Source of the DNA: an uncultured Puniceicoccaceae bacterium | Lineage (GTDB): Bacteria > Verrucomicrobiota > Verrucomicrobiia > Opitutales > Coraliomargaritaceae | Reading direction: 5' to 3' | DNA: 48,176 bases | Assembly: GCA_913045955.1 (NCBI GenBank) | Contig: CAJWRZ010000001.1 | Location: 1 to 48,176, forward strand | Shown: piece after piece, positions 32,362 to 41,661 of the stretch | How the letters are laid out: the number at the start of each line of letters is the position of its first letter | Numbering within the stretch: position 1 is the first letter of the stretch | Program-made: the position numbers and the translations under genes | Notes under the pieces: generated by a model | What the model was told of the DNA's origin: nothing | The model's input: the letters and a program-made list of their open reading frames with translations, nothing else | Databases searched by the model: none

Positions 32362-33243
32362 ATGGACAATTCAAATAAATTAATGCTAGGTCTGCCCAAA
32401 GGTAGCTTAGAGGATTCCACGATTAAATTATTTTCAAAGGCAGGCTATCAGATTACTAAAAGCTCAAGATCCTATCGTCCGTCATTTGATGATGAAACTT
32501 TAGCTGGACGTTTTTTAAGAGCCCAAGAAGTCAGTCGTTACGTTGAACATGGCTACTTTGACTGTGGGCTTACCGGTCAAGATTGGGTTAAAGAAAACGG
32601 CTCTGACGTCGTTGAGGTCTGTGATTTAGTCTACAGCCGGGCTTCTAATAAAAGATCTCGCTGGATCTTGGCGGTTCCTGAGGCATCCCCGATTAAGACA
32701 GTTAAAGATCTTGAGGGTAAGCGAATTGCCACAGAGATCGTTAATATAACTCGTTCCTTTTTAGACGAAAATAAAGTGAATGCCGAAGTTGAATTCTCTT
32801 GGGGCGCTACTGAAATGAAAGTGCCTGACCTCGTGGATGCCATCATCGACCTGACTGAAACCGGCAATTCACTCAAAGCCAATAAGCTTAGAATCGTTGA
32901 TACTTTGCTTTATACTAATACTGTTTTAATCGCTAATAAAAAGGCGATGGAAGATCCTTGGAAAAGGAAGAAAATTGAGACAATTGCTCTGTTGCTGAAA
33001 TCAGCCCTAGAATCTGCCTCAAAAGTTGGTTTGAAGCTTAATATTGAAGTTGATAAACTTGATTCAGTCTTATCCGAATTACCGGCGTTAAGAAAGCCTA
33101 CCGTTAACAAGCTAACAGACGAAAAATGGGTAGCGATCGATACAATCATTGATGAAACCGTTGTTCGGGAGATTATTCCAGAGCTTAAGTCAAGGGGCGC
33201 TGAAGGTATTGTTGAATACCCACTGAACAAAGTCGTATTTTAA
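32362..33243 (+). CDS. hisG: ATP phosphoribosyltransferase (long form)
   Basis: [31 protein letters not shown]. 293 aa including the C-terminal regulatory domain. Confidence 0.9.
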   Translation: MDNSNKLMLGLPKGSLEDSTIKLFSKAGYQITKSSRSYRPSFDDETLAGRFLRAQEVSRYVEHGYFDCGLTGQDWVKENGSDVVEVCDLVYSRASNKRSRWILAVPEASPIKTVKDLEGKRIATEIVNITRSFLDENKVNAEVEFSWGATEMKVPDLVDAIIDLTETGNSLKANKLRIVDTLLYTNTVLIANKKAMEDPWKRKKIETIALLLKSALESASKVGLKLNIEVDKLDSVLSELPALRKPTVNKLTDEKWVAIDTIIDETVVREIIPELKSRGAEGIVEYPLNKVVF

Positions 33244-33268
33244 CTTTCGCGGAATGGACCGTGCTTAA

Positions 33269-34144
33269 ATGAAAAGAGACGCAGTCAATGTTGGCTTAAT
33301 TCAAGGCAAGGATCTAGGTTCCAAGGAAGCGAATCTAAATTACACGTGCGCTCAAATAAGAGACGCGGCAGAGCAGGGTGCGCAAATTATTTGTACCCAA
33401 GAACTGTTCAATACCGCTTACTTTTGTAGCGATCAAAATACCGAACACTTTAACATGGCTGAAGAAATTCCTGGACCTACCTCAGAATGTCTCAGCGCGC
33501 TAGCCCTAGAGCTGGAAGTAGTCATTGTAGCGGCTTATTTTGAGAAGCGCTCATCCGCATTATACCATAATACAGCAATTATCATTGATAGTGATGGTGC
33601 GCTCTTAGGCCGGTATCGAAAAATGCATATTCCCCAAGACCCCGGTTTTGAGGAAAAATTTTATTTCACACCGGGCGATAATGATTTTCCAGTCTGGGAA
33701 ACTGCATTTGGCAAGATTGGCGTGATGATTTGCTGGGACCAGTGGTTCCCTGAGGCAGCACGCCTAATGGCTTTAAAGGGTGCCGAAATTTTGTTTTATC
33801 CAACCGCGATTGGGTGGCTTCCCGAAGAAAAAGAAATGCTAGGACAAGCCCAATACAATGCCTGGGAAACCGTGCAAAGAGGTCATGCGATCGCAAATAA
33901 CTGTTATTTAGCAGCCATTAATCGGGTGGGTTTAGAAAAGGGTTTAGAGTTTTGGGGGCAATCATTTCTCTGCGATACTTATGGTACTATTTTGGAAAAA
34001 GCGCCGGCCTATGAAACCGGTCTTATCGTTCAGCGGTGTGATATGCAAGCTCTTGAAGATAAGCGAAAAATATGGCCCTTTTTTAGGGATCGTAGACCTG
34101 AGTTATATCAGCCGATCACTAAGAGTTTCTTAGATGAAAGCTAA
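33269..34144 (+). CDS. aguB: N-carbamoylputrescine amidase (nitrilase superfamily)
   Basis: CTQELF (Glu), RKMHIP (Lys), MICWDQWFPE (Cys) triad blocks. Adjacent to agmatine deiminase. Confidence 0.85.
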   Translation: MKRDAVNVGLIQGKDLGSKEANLNYTCAQIRDAAEQGAQIICTQELFNTAYFCSDQNTEHFNMAEEIPGPTSECLSALALELEVVIVAAYFEKRSSALYHNTAIIIDSDGALLGRYRKMHIPQDPGFEEKFYFTPGDNDFPVWETAFGKIGVMICWDQWFPEAARLMALKGAEILFYPTAIGWLPEEKEMLGQAQYNAWETVQRGHAIANNCYLAAINRVGLEKGLEFWGQSFLCDTYGTILEKAPAYETGLIVQRCDMQALEDKRKIWPFFRDRRPELYQPITKSFLDES

Positions 34145-35228
34145 TGGATATAAACTGCCTGCAGAATGGCAGCCTCAAGCAAGGGTCTGGTTTGCATGGC
34201 CGGTTCGAGATGATTTATGGCCAGGGTGCTTGTCGTCGGTTCGTAGTAGCCTGATAGATCTATATAAACTATGCGCTCAATATCAAAAAGTTGCGATTCT
34301 CTGCCCGCATCATGCTCAAGGTCACTTACGGCAAGCATTGAAAGGCTATCTAGAGCAGGAGACTATTGTTCTATTTGATTATGAAACAGATGATATTTGG
34401 ATTCGTGATTTTGGACCAATATTCTTGAAAGAGCCAAGCAATGAAACGCTCGCTGTAACAGATTGGGTTTTTAATGCATGGGGTGAAAAGTTTAAAGAAT
34501 ATGCCAAAGATAATCGCGTTCCTGAATGGATTAGTACTTCCATCTCTAGAGGTGAGGACCGGCAATCTATTTATCAAAAATATCCTCATGTGCTTGAAGG
34601 CGGGGCCATCGAAACAAATGGCCAGGGCTTAATCTGCACTACAAATAGTGTGCTTAATAACCCCAATCGTCTGCCCAAAGGAGAAGCCTTTACCAGTGGA
34701 GAAGCCTTTGCCCGGGATGAAACCTTTTGCTGGGACGAAACCTTTAAAGAGGCTTTCAATACCCAAGCAGTATTTTGGTTTAAATCTGGTTTAATTGGGG
34801 ATGATACCGATGGTCATATTGATAATTTACTGAGGTTTACCCCCAGTAAAACTATTCTTTATGCTGCTACAGAAGACCAAGGGAATGTGAATTATAAGGC
34901 GCTGAAGCAATTAGAAAAACAGCTTGAGGGTTACTTAAAGGAGGGGCTTCATGCTTACGGAATTCGGGCATTGCCCTTGCCGGACGCCATCTATCATGAA
35001 GGCGATATTTTAGCGGCTAGTTATGCTAACTATCTCGTGCTTAATGGTGCGGTCATAGTACCAACTTTTGGGCAGGAGAAGGACGGAATGGCTTTGTCTA
35101 TTATAGCGGAATGTTTTCCTGAAAGAGAAGTTATTGGATTTAATTGTTCCGATATTATTCGTGAGGGCGGTGCTTTGCATTGCCTAAGCTTAAATCAGCC
35201 TTCCTCATCTCCTTCTTCCTCTTCGTGA
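34134..35228 (+). CDS. aguA: Agmatine deiminase (PAD_porph family) with an internal repeat insertion and an S/P-rich tail
   Basis: PAEWQPQARVWFAWP, IWIRDFGP, DGHIDN, C-terminal GGALHCLS catalytic Cys block. Confidence 0.85.
   Translation: MKANGYKLPAEWQPQARVWFAWPVRDDLWPGCLSSVRSSLIDLYKLCAQYQKVAILCPHHAQGHLRQALKGYLEQETIVLFDYETDDIWIRDFGPIFLKEPSNETLAVTDWVFNAWGEKFKEYAKDNRVPEWISTSISRGEDRQSIYQKYPHVLEGGAIETNGQGLICTTNSVLNNPNRLPKGEAFTSGEAFARDETFCWDETFKEAFNTQAVFWFKSGLIGDDTDGHIDNLLRFTPSKTILYAATEDQGNVNYKALKQLEKQLEGYLKEGLHAYGIRALPLPDAIYHEGDILAASYANYLVLNGAVIVPTFGQEKDGMALSIIAECFPEREVIGFNCSDIIREGGALHCLSLNQPSSSPSSSS
34680..34745 (+). repeat. Four in-frame copies of an 18-nt periodic unit (GEAFTS-GEAFAR-DETFCW-DETFKE) inside aguA
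   Basis: ggagaagccttt at 34680 and 34698. gatgaaaccttt at 34716 and gacgaaaccttt at 34734. Confidence 0.85.
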
Positions 35229-35250
35229 GCGCCTTCTTTAGATTTTGAAA

Positions 35251-38200
35251 TTAAATCGAAACTATCTTTTTTGCTGATGTGAAAAGCAAAAAGGATTGGA
35301 TCGCACCTTCGTCTATATTTAGGAGTTTTGCAAGAGCCTCGTGATAGACCTTCATTTGAGAAAGGTGTCTTTGCGTAGCTGATTCAAGGGTGCTTTTTTC
35401 ATTTATCAAATCTGTCTTAAAATCGATGATTTCTGCCTTATAATATTCTCCGTTGGCTTTTTTAAATAAATGAACCCTGTCAAAGGTTCCGCTAATTAGA
35501 GTTTGGTGCTCACAATAAGAGAAAGATTTCTCTTTCCATAAATCATAATCATCATCGGGTTTTGAAAAGAATCTTTGTATTGCTGTGTCATCAAAACACT
35601 CATCAATCAGCTTTTGAATTGAGGGACTTAATTCTTTTGTAATGGCTTTAATTGATGCTCCCTGATTTTCATACCAGTCAATTTTTTGGAAAGCTAAATG
35701 AACTTTTTCCCCGAAGCTTTTAGCAAAACGGTTTTTGCCCGACAAGAAGAGCTTCGTATTGGTATCTTTTTTAGAAGCAGTTAGGTTGTTTAAGCGCTTG
35801 TGGGTAGGCTTGAATGGGTGGGTATTCTCAGTTGCTTTAATAGTGTCTGTATCAGTATCTACTTCTATTAGAGCTTCAGCTTCAACTTCAACTTCAGACG
35901 CTAATTGGTTATACCAATCTTTACTTCCAGTATTCCACAAGATGGAGAATAATTCCTTTGGGAATAATTCTTTTGCTTCTGTTCCATCTCCGAGAGATTC
36001 TTGCAGGAAGCCTAAGGGTGAACCGCTATTTAATCCGTCTAAGTCACTGATCATGTAGAGTGCTTTTTTAGCACGGGTCATCGCTACATAGAGCGTGCAT
36101 AAGGAAGAGTATTGGTTTTGCTCAGTTGCCTGTTTGAGGAGTTTTGAGGCATCGGGTAGGGCTTGCATCACCTCTTTTTTAAAGGGTTCGAGGATCCATT
36201 CAATTGATTGCTTTTCATTCCGGTAACCTTGGATTTGGTCTACAACCTTAGTTTTTTTATCATTATTAATTAAGAGAACGATATCATATTCGAGTCCTTT
36301 GGACTTATGGATTGTCTCAATTGTAATGACGCTACCCGGGTTAGTTTCATTAACGCGATAGTTTTTTAAATATTTGATTAAGCCTTGGAGCGTTGCGTTT
36401 TCTTCTAATTCAAATTGGGCTGAATTTTGAATTAATAAACGTAACGAACTACGGTGTCTCGTATCTTTAGGATCTAATTTTTCAATAATTGCTTCGGAGA
36501 ATTTTAAGACTAATTGAGCCATGGGGATACTAGTGGCTTCTGCGCGCAGGCTATTCACTGTTTCAATCAGACTTGAGACAGAGCTTCTAGTCGCTGAATC
36601 TATAAGCATTAGGTAGCCTTTTGATAAACTATCTGAAGGGTGGATGCATAGCTCAAGCATAGCTATAAGGGCTAAACCAGCAGAATTGTCTTGGGCTGGG
36701 CAGGCGGACGCTCCGACCCTTATTGGGTAATTAATGTTTTGCTGCCTAAGGAATTGGGCAAGTACTGATGCTTCCTTGTTGCTTCTTACTAATATTCCTA
36801 GAGATAGGGCTTCTAATTTTGTATCAAGCCCTTGGATAATTTTGATAATCGCCGATTCTTTATCCAAATCCTCATCTTTACCTACTTTAATCCATGCGGC
36901 ATATCCAGGTATATTCTGAGTTAACTTTGAAGCGTAATGAGGCCTCCAAGCTTTCTTCCAACGCTCGGCTGTAGCAGGGCTGAAGTAATTTGAGATTAAA
37001 GTATTGTCATCAAAAACCGCATTAACTGCATCCATAATTGCCGGAGATGATCGGTAGGATTCAGTCATTTGTTCGGGCTGAGCTATGGCTGACTCGTAGT
37101 GATCACAAATCTCTTGGAAGAGTCGATCGTCGCTATTTCTCCAAAGATACAATGACTGCTTGGTGTCACCCACAAAGAAAACAGAACGTTCTTTACTTGG
37201 ATCTTGAATCGCTTCGTCTACTAAGTTTGAAATTATATTCCATTGAGGTCGGCTAGTATCCTGGAATTCATCAAAGAGCCAGTGGTCAAATTGCGCGTCT
37301 AATCTGAAGTCAATAAGTGAACGTACTTCAGGGTCATGAATTGAAAAATTCGATAAATCTGAACTAGGCTTTAATACAGCAATCAGATCTGAGAAGGTTA
37401 ATTTCCCTTTTTGTCTTACATGGACATCATAGTTTTTGTTATAGATATCTAATATTGCGTGCGTACCCTGAGTGGAATCTATGGAGCGCTTTATATAATA
37501 ATTAAAGATAGCGGTTATACAGTCTGCGAGAGCGGAGCATAAAGGTCCTTCAATCGTGCGGTCTGGACGACCAATCTTTATTATGGCTTTGCCGGATAGT
37601 AGCGCATCATATGCTTCTATAGAGCGGGTGATTAGAGTAACAAAGTTTTGATTTTCTGGGAAGTTGGCAATGATTGACGCCGTTTTAGTGAACGCATTGC
37701 GTTCAGAAAGAGAGAGGTTTTCGGGGATTGCTTTTATCAGGTTATTAGAGAGTTCTAGCCAGTCGATCGAATCGGGATTATAACCCCGCATCTTTTCGCC
37801 AAAGATTTCATTAAAATTACCCCATTTAGCTATTTTAGGACTTTCAATATAGAGGCTATAAAGTTGGTCTATATAGTCGGTTAAGTTTTTTTCTATACTC
37901 CTAACGCTATCACCATAATTAGATTGTTTAAAAGCATACCAGAACTGTTTGAGGGGGTCATTGTTTTTAGAATTGGGCTGTATCTCGTGGATCAGACCAT
38001 CTTGGACTTCTTTTTGGTAATGAACTCTAGAGTTCTCGCTCAGCAATTTGAGGTTTTCGGGGAGTCCAAGCTCAGGTGTGAAGCTCGTTATTATTTTGTA
38101 AAGAAAGCTATCTAAGGTCTGTAAATTTATTTGGTTTAGGTTCTCCAACACGCAGCGCAGTAAGATTTTATAGCGACTACTATCAGCCTCAATTTTTATT

Positions 38201-38436
38201 TGGCTGGATAGCTCACTCGCAAAAACTTCTGAGCTCGATGCCTGGTGAAGTTTCTCAATGATCTTAGTGAAGAATTCTCCAGCCGAAGCCCTTGTGAAAG
38301 TTAGTGCGATGATTTTCTCGGGAGCCAGGGTATAGTGAAGGATATAAATATACCGATTAGTCAGTTGGTATGTTTTACCCGTACCGGCGGAGGCAAAAAT
38401 CGCTTTATGCTCAAATGTATTTAGGGAACTCATCAA
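35251..38436 (-). CDS. addA: UvrD/Rep-family helicase with C-terminal PD-(D/E)XK nuclease (AddA-like)
   Basis: FASAGTGKTYQLT, FDEFQDTSRPQW, TIHKSKGLEYDIV, C-terminal GTFDRVHL...IIDFKTD nuclease motif. 1061 aa. Confidence 0.8.
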   Translation of the reverse strand: MMSSLNTFEHKAIFASAGTGKTYQLTNRYIYILHYTLAPEKIIALTFTRASAGEFFTKIIEKLHQASSSEVFASELSSQIKIEADSSRYKILLRCVLENLNQINLQTLDSFLYKIITSFTPELGLPENLKLLSENSRVHYQKEVQDGLIHEIQPNSKNNDPLKQFWYAFKQSNYGDSVRSIEKNLTDYIDQLYSLYIESPKIAKWGNFNEIFGEKMRGYNPDSIDWLELSNNLIKAIPENLSLSERNAFTKTASIIANFPENQNFVTLITRSIEAYDALLSGKAIIKIGRPDRTIEGPLCSALADCITAIFNYYIKRSIDSTQGTHAILDIYNKNYDVHVRQKGKLTFSDLIAVLKPSSDLSNFSIHDPEVRSLIDFRLDAQFDHWLFDEFQDTSRPQWNIISNLVDEAIQDPSKERSVFFVGDTKQSLYLWRNSDDRLFQEICDHYESAIAQPEQMTESYRSSPAIMDAVNAVFDDNTLISNYFSPATAERWKKAWRPHYASKLTQNIPGYAAWIKVGKDEDLDKESAIIKIIQGLDTKLEALSLGILVRSNKEASVLAQFLRQQNINYPIRVGASACPAQDNSAGLALIAMLELCIHPSDSLSKGYLMLIDSATRSSVSSLIETVNSLRAEATSIPMAQLVLKFSEAIIEKLDPKDTRHRSSLRLLIQNSAQFELEENATLQGLIKYLKNYRVNETNPGSVITIETIHKSKGLEYDIVLLINNDKKTKVVDQIQGYRNEKQSIEWILEPFKKEVMQALPDASKLLKQATEQNQYSSLCTLYVAMTRAKKALYMISDLDGLNSGSPLGFLQESLGDGTEAKELFPKELFSILWNTGSKDWYNQLASEVEVEAEALIEVDTDTDTIKATENTHPFKPTHKRLNNLTASKKDTNTKLFLSGKNRFAKSFGEKVHLAFQKIDWYENQGASIKAITKELSPSIQKLIDECFDDTAIQRFFSKPDDDYDLWKEKSFSYCEHQTLISGTFDRVHLFKKANGEYYKAEIIDFKTDLINEKSTLESATQRHLSQMKVYHEALAKLLNIDEGAIQSFLLFTSAKKIVSI

Positions 38437-41258
38437 TCTAGAAATTTATAGTTTTCAAAGGCCGCCCCATCAATTGACTTTCGGATTCCATCAGGAAAGA
38501 AGTCGGAATAATCATCAAGCATAGGGTCTAAGGTTTCATTAGGCGGCCAGAAGCGTCCTTTTGATATCGCTTCAAGGATGGCTTCAGCGCAGGAATAGGC
38601 CGATTTTAAATGCGCCTGAGAGAAATCTTCCCAGCCTGCCATCGCCGTTTTCTCAGATGACTTAGGTATATTATAATAAATCAGTTCGGGGAGTTCTTTG
38701 GAATCTGTTTCAACTTCTGAATGACAGTATAAAGGCAATTGTAAGTCACACCAGTAGTAGCTTTTGTTGCCGTTATCAAAATACGCCTCCTCGGGCAAAT
38801 GAGTGGGCTCACCTTTTGTGTTCGTCGATTTTAAGTGAGCTTTTGATGGTGTTACAGCGCTATTTGCTGTCTTGTAGTCGATCAATTTCATTTGACCCTT
38901 AGCGGTATCTATTCGGTCAATAATCCCATTTATTCGAAAGCCGTTGATTGTAATGGAGAATTTTTTCTCTGTCGAAATAACATCAGTAGGGCCATTTGAT
39001 TCTAGGTTGCTAATTTGGGATTTAACAAAAGCCTGGATCCGGGCCATTAAACTTTCTTTCTGAATTTCTAGGGCAAATGAAAGTTGATTGCCGAATCTTG
39101 AGCGAATCAGCAATTCTGCTTTATCTTGAATTAACTTTGTTAGATCGGCTGCTTGAGTCGAGCGATCAAGGTGGTGGTTTTTAAGTGTCGCTACCGACTC
39201 ATGGAATAAACTACCAAAGGCTCCAGGAGACATTTCGCGATCACTGAAATTCTTTTTTTTGATATTTAAAATATGCTGTAAGTAAAAACGAAAAGGACAG
39301 GTTAGGTAATCCTTTAAGGCGGTTACCGAAAAGCTTTCAGGTAGAGCTACCGGAATAGGGTCATTGATGATCCATGGTAATTGGTGGGATGACGGCGCTT
39401 TGGGTGGATCTCTTTTTATAAGAATTGAATTTGTGAATTCTAGTAGCTGAGATTCGCAAGTTTTGAAAAGGATCCTCGAAGGCATTAATGGGTTTCCGTC
39501 ACAATCATTCTCGGGTATAATTATGGTTACTTTGGCTTTAGATTTATCAACCCTTCTTCGGCATAAAGATTCAAATAAATAGGTGTCATTGGCTAAATGG
39601 CGCACGCTATTCTCAAGTCCAAGGATCTTCTTCAGGCTTTCTGGGAGGAAAGGATCATTCGCGCTGGCTGCGGGAATAATGCCTTCATTCATCCCACAAA
39701 TGATACTGTGCGGGGCATCATGCCATAAGAGTTCTAACCAGCCAAAGAGGTCATGGCCCTTGGCCTTCCGTTCTTTATAGATTTTTTTGCTATTTAACTG
39801 AGCAAGAAAGAGCTGTTTGTAAAATATAGGATCCTTGCCGGGGAAACTTTTTTCAGAATCTATGGAATCGCTGATAAGTTCATTGATTGATTCGGCTAAG
39901 TCTAAAAATTCTGAATCAGTAGGGGCTAACTCCGCACCAGATAGAACTGCATTTAATTGCTGGCTGAACGTTTCAGAAAAACTACCGTTTTGCGTGATTT
40001 CAGAAGAAGCGCTTAAGGATTTAAGTGCTAGGAGTATTTTGAGTAGATCTCCCGAATCTTTCCTGCTGTTTGCTTTTTGTTCCAACGATGGCAGATCGTA
40101 ACAAAGGCTTTCTGAGAAAATCCGGTCAATTTGGGCTAATATTTTTTTCAGTGAACTCTTAGATTTTGTGAAATTAAAAAAGTAAGGATTCATTAACAAC
40201 TGCTTAAAGCTATCTATATTAGGTCGTTCAATTATTTGAATTAAATCTATAATTAACTTCCCGATGCCAGTTTGGCAAAGGCTGTAGCCTTCTGGATTAT
40301 TAAAAGGGATTGATTCTAGTTTTAAGTAGTGCCCCGTCGGCTCAATCAAAGCACTATCCAATAAGCCTATTTGAAGGGCTTCTAAGGGATGCTCTAACAT
40401 GCTATGGCTCAATATTTCAGGAATTTCTAGGGCCTTATTGGCTTTTTTGAAATTACAATTCCAGTCCTCTATTTTTAAAGTTCGCTCTGCCCATTTTTCA
40501 GCAACAGGGACACCCCAAGGATCAAATAAGTGTTCACCTGCCCCTTCATCTGGCCCATTAATCCAAACCTCAATAGGCATTTCTGGTTCTAAATTTTTCA
40601 AAGCCTGAAGCGGCAATGCTTGAGGGTCGGGCGTAGCGACGATTAAAATTTTTGAAATGCTTGAGCTTATTGGATAATTTGCGGCGACTATTTTATTAAG
40701 GCGAATTGGATCTAGAAGCCGCTTTTCTTTAAGTACCTTGTAGTAATGTTCTTCTAGTTCTGCTAGCGGATCCCAGATATTTTCTTCTATATTCAGACCT
40801 GCGCAACGTTGAGCGATACCCTGAAGGTCGTAGCCTTGTATCCCGATTTCTTTCCTGATTTTGTGCAAGCGCCTGGCATTAGAGGCTTTTAAGACGTCAT
40901 TTAGCGGGCTATCCCGAGGAAACAGTACCTCCAACGTCTCTGCATTTGAACCTTCAAACACTTCAATCCACGCGAGCTGGCATTGGGAATCCAGAGCTCT
41001 ATTGGATTCTTTGATTCCACGCTCAAGGAATTGAAGGGGGGTTAAAATTTGTGGGCTTAAAAACCCCCGAGACTCAGTTGTAGGGTTATCAGCGAGCGCT
41101 TCTAGTAAATGTCGACCTGACTGGTTCGTCGGAACAATTATAAGCAAATGGCTGAGATCAATCGGCTGAATGTTTAAATTGACCTGCTCTAAGAGGGCAT
41201 CCCTTATTTGAGGGATTAGGGCTTCATCCCAATTTAAATATTTTTGACTGAGTGGCAT
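38433..41258 (-). CDS. addB: AddB-like PD-(D/E)XK nuclease subunit with a degenerate P-loop
   Basis: C-terminal GIIDRID...LIDYKT nuclease motif flanked by four Cys (TCPF, WCD, LYC, SCAE). PTNQSGRH replaces a Walker A motif. 4-nt overlap with the addA-like gene. Confidence 0.7.
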   Translation of the reverse strand: MPLSQKYLNWDEALIPQIRDALLEQVNLNIQPIDLSHLLIIVPTNQSGRHLLEALADNPTTESRGFLSPQILTPLQFLERGIKESNRALDSQCQLAWIEVFEGSNAETLEVLFPRDSPLNDVLKASNARRLHKIRKEIGIQGYDLQGIAQRCAGLNIEENIWDPLAELEEHYYKVLKEKRLLDPIRLNKIVAANYPISSSISKILIVATPDPQALPLQALKNLEPEMPIEVWINGPDEGAGEHLFDPWGVPVAEKWAERTLKIEDWNCNFKKANKALEIPEILSHSMLEHPLEALQIGLLDSALIEPTGHYLKLESIPFNNPEGYSLCQTGIGKLIIDLIQIIERPNIDSFKQLLMNPYFFNFTKSKSSLKKILAQIDRIFSESLCYDLPSLEQKANSRKDSGDLLKILLALKSLSASSEITQNGSFSETFSQQLNAVLSGAELAPTDSEFLDLAESINELISDSIDSEKSFPGKDPIFYKQLFLAQLNSKKIYKERKAKGHDLFGWLELLWHDAPHSIICGMNEGIIPAASANDPFLPESLKKILGLENSVRHLANDTYLFESLCRRRVDKSKAKVTIIIPENDCDGNPLMPSRILFKTCESQLLEFTNSILIKRDPPKAPSSHQLPWIINDPIPVALPESFSVTALKDYLTCPFRFYLQHILNIKKKNFSDREMSPGAFGSLFHESVATLKNHHLDRSTQAADLTKLIQDKAELLIRSRFGNQLSFALEIQKESLMARIQAFVKSQISNLESNGPTDVISTEKKFSITINGFRINGIIDRIDTAKGQMKLIDYKTANSAVTPSKAHLKSTNTKGEPTHLPEEAYFDNGNKSYYWCDLQLPLYCHSEVETDSKELPELIYYNIPKSSEKTAMAGWEDFSQAHLKSAYSCAEAILEAISKGRFWPPNETLDPMLDDYSDFFPDGIRKSIDGAAFENYKFLD

Positions 41259-41268
41259 TGAGTTTGGT

Positions 41269-41580
41269 TTAAGATGAAAGACCTTCCAAGAGTTTTAAGA
41301 TTTCATCTTTAGGATCTTCATGATTTTGGTCGATGGCTAAATCTAAGGCTTGCTTCAATATTCGATCAGCGCCCTTAAGTTCACCTAACTCAATCATTGC
41401 TTTTCCCAGTAAAATCTTTGGTAGCATCCAATCTTCTTGAAGTTCAGCACATTTTTCTAAGTGAGGTATCGATTCTTGGTATAAGCCATTATCAAAATAG
41501 ATTTTGCTTAAACTGAAGCGGAATAGTTTGTTTTCGGGTTCTTCCTTTATTTTATTAAGAAAATAGTCTTGCTGAGCCAT
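41269..41580 (-). CDS. Small tetratricopeptide-repeat protein
   Basis: 103 aa with two or three TPR-like helical hairpins (FSLSKIYFDNGLYQESIPHLEKC..., LGKAMIELGELKGADRILKQAL). It lies 10 nt upstream of the addB-like gene. Confidence 0.6.
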   Translation of the reverse strand: MAQQDYFLNKIKEEPENKLFRFSLSKIYFDNGLYQESIPHLEKCAELQEDWMLPKILLGKAMIELGELKGADRILKQALDLAIDQNHEDPKDEILKLLEGLSS

Positions 41581-41661
41581 GGATTTAAATAGGATATATT
41601 TTAATAGTGCTTTACTTAAAAATAACTATTTTAATGCACCGAAACTTTTCGACAATATAAA

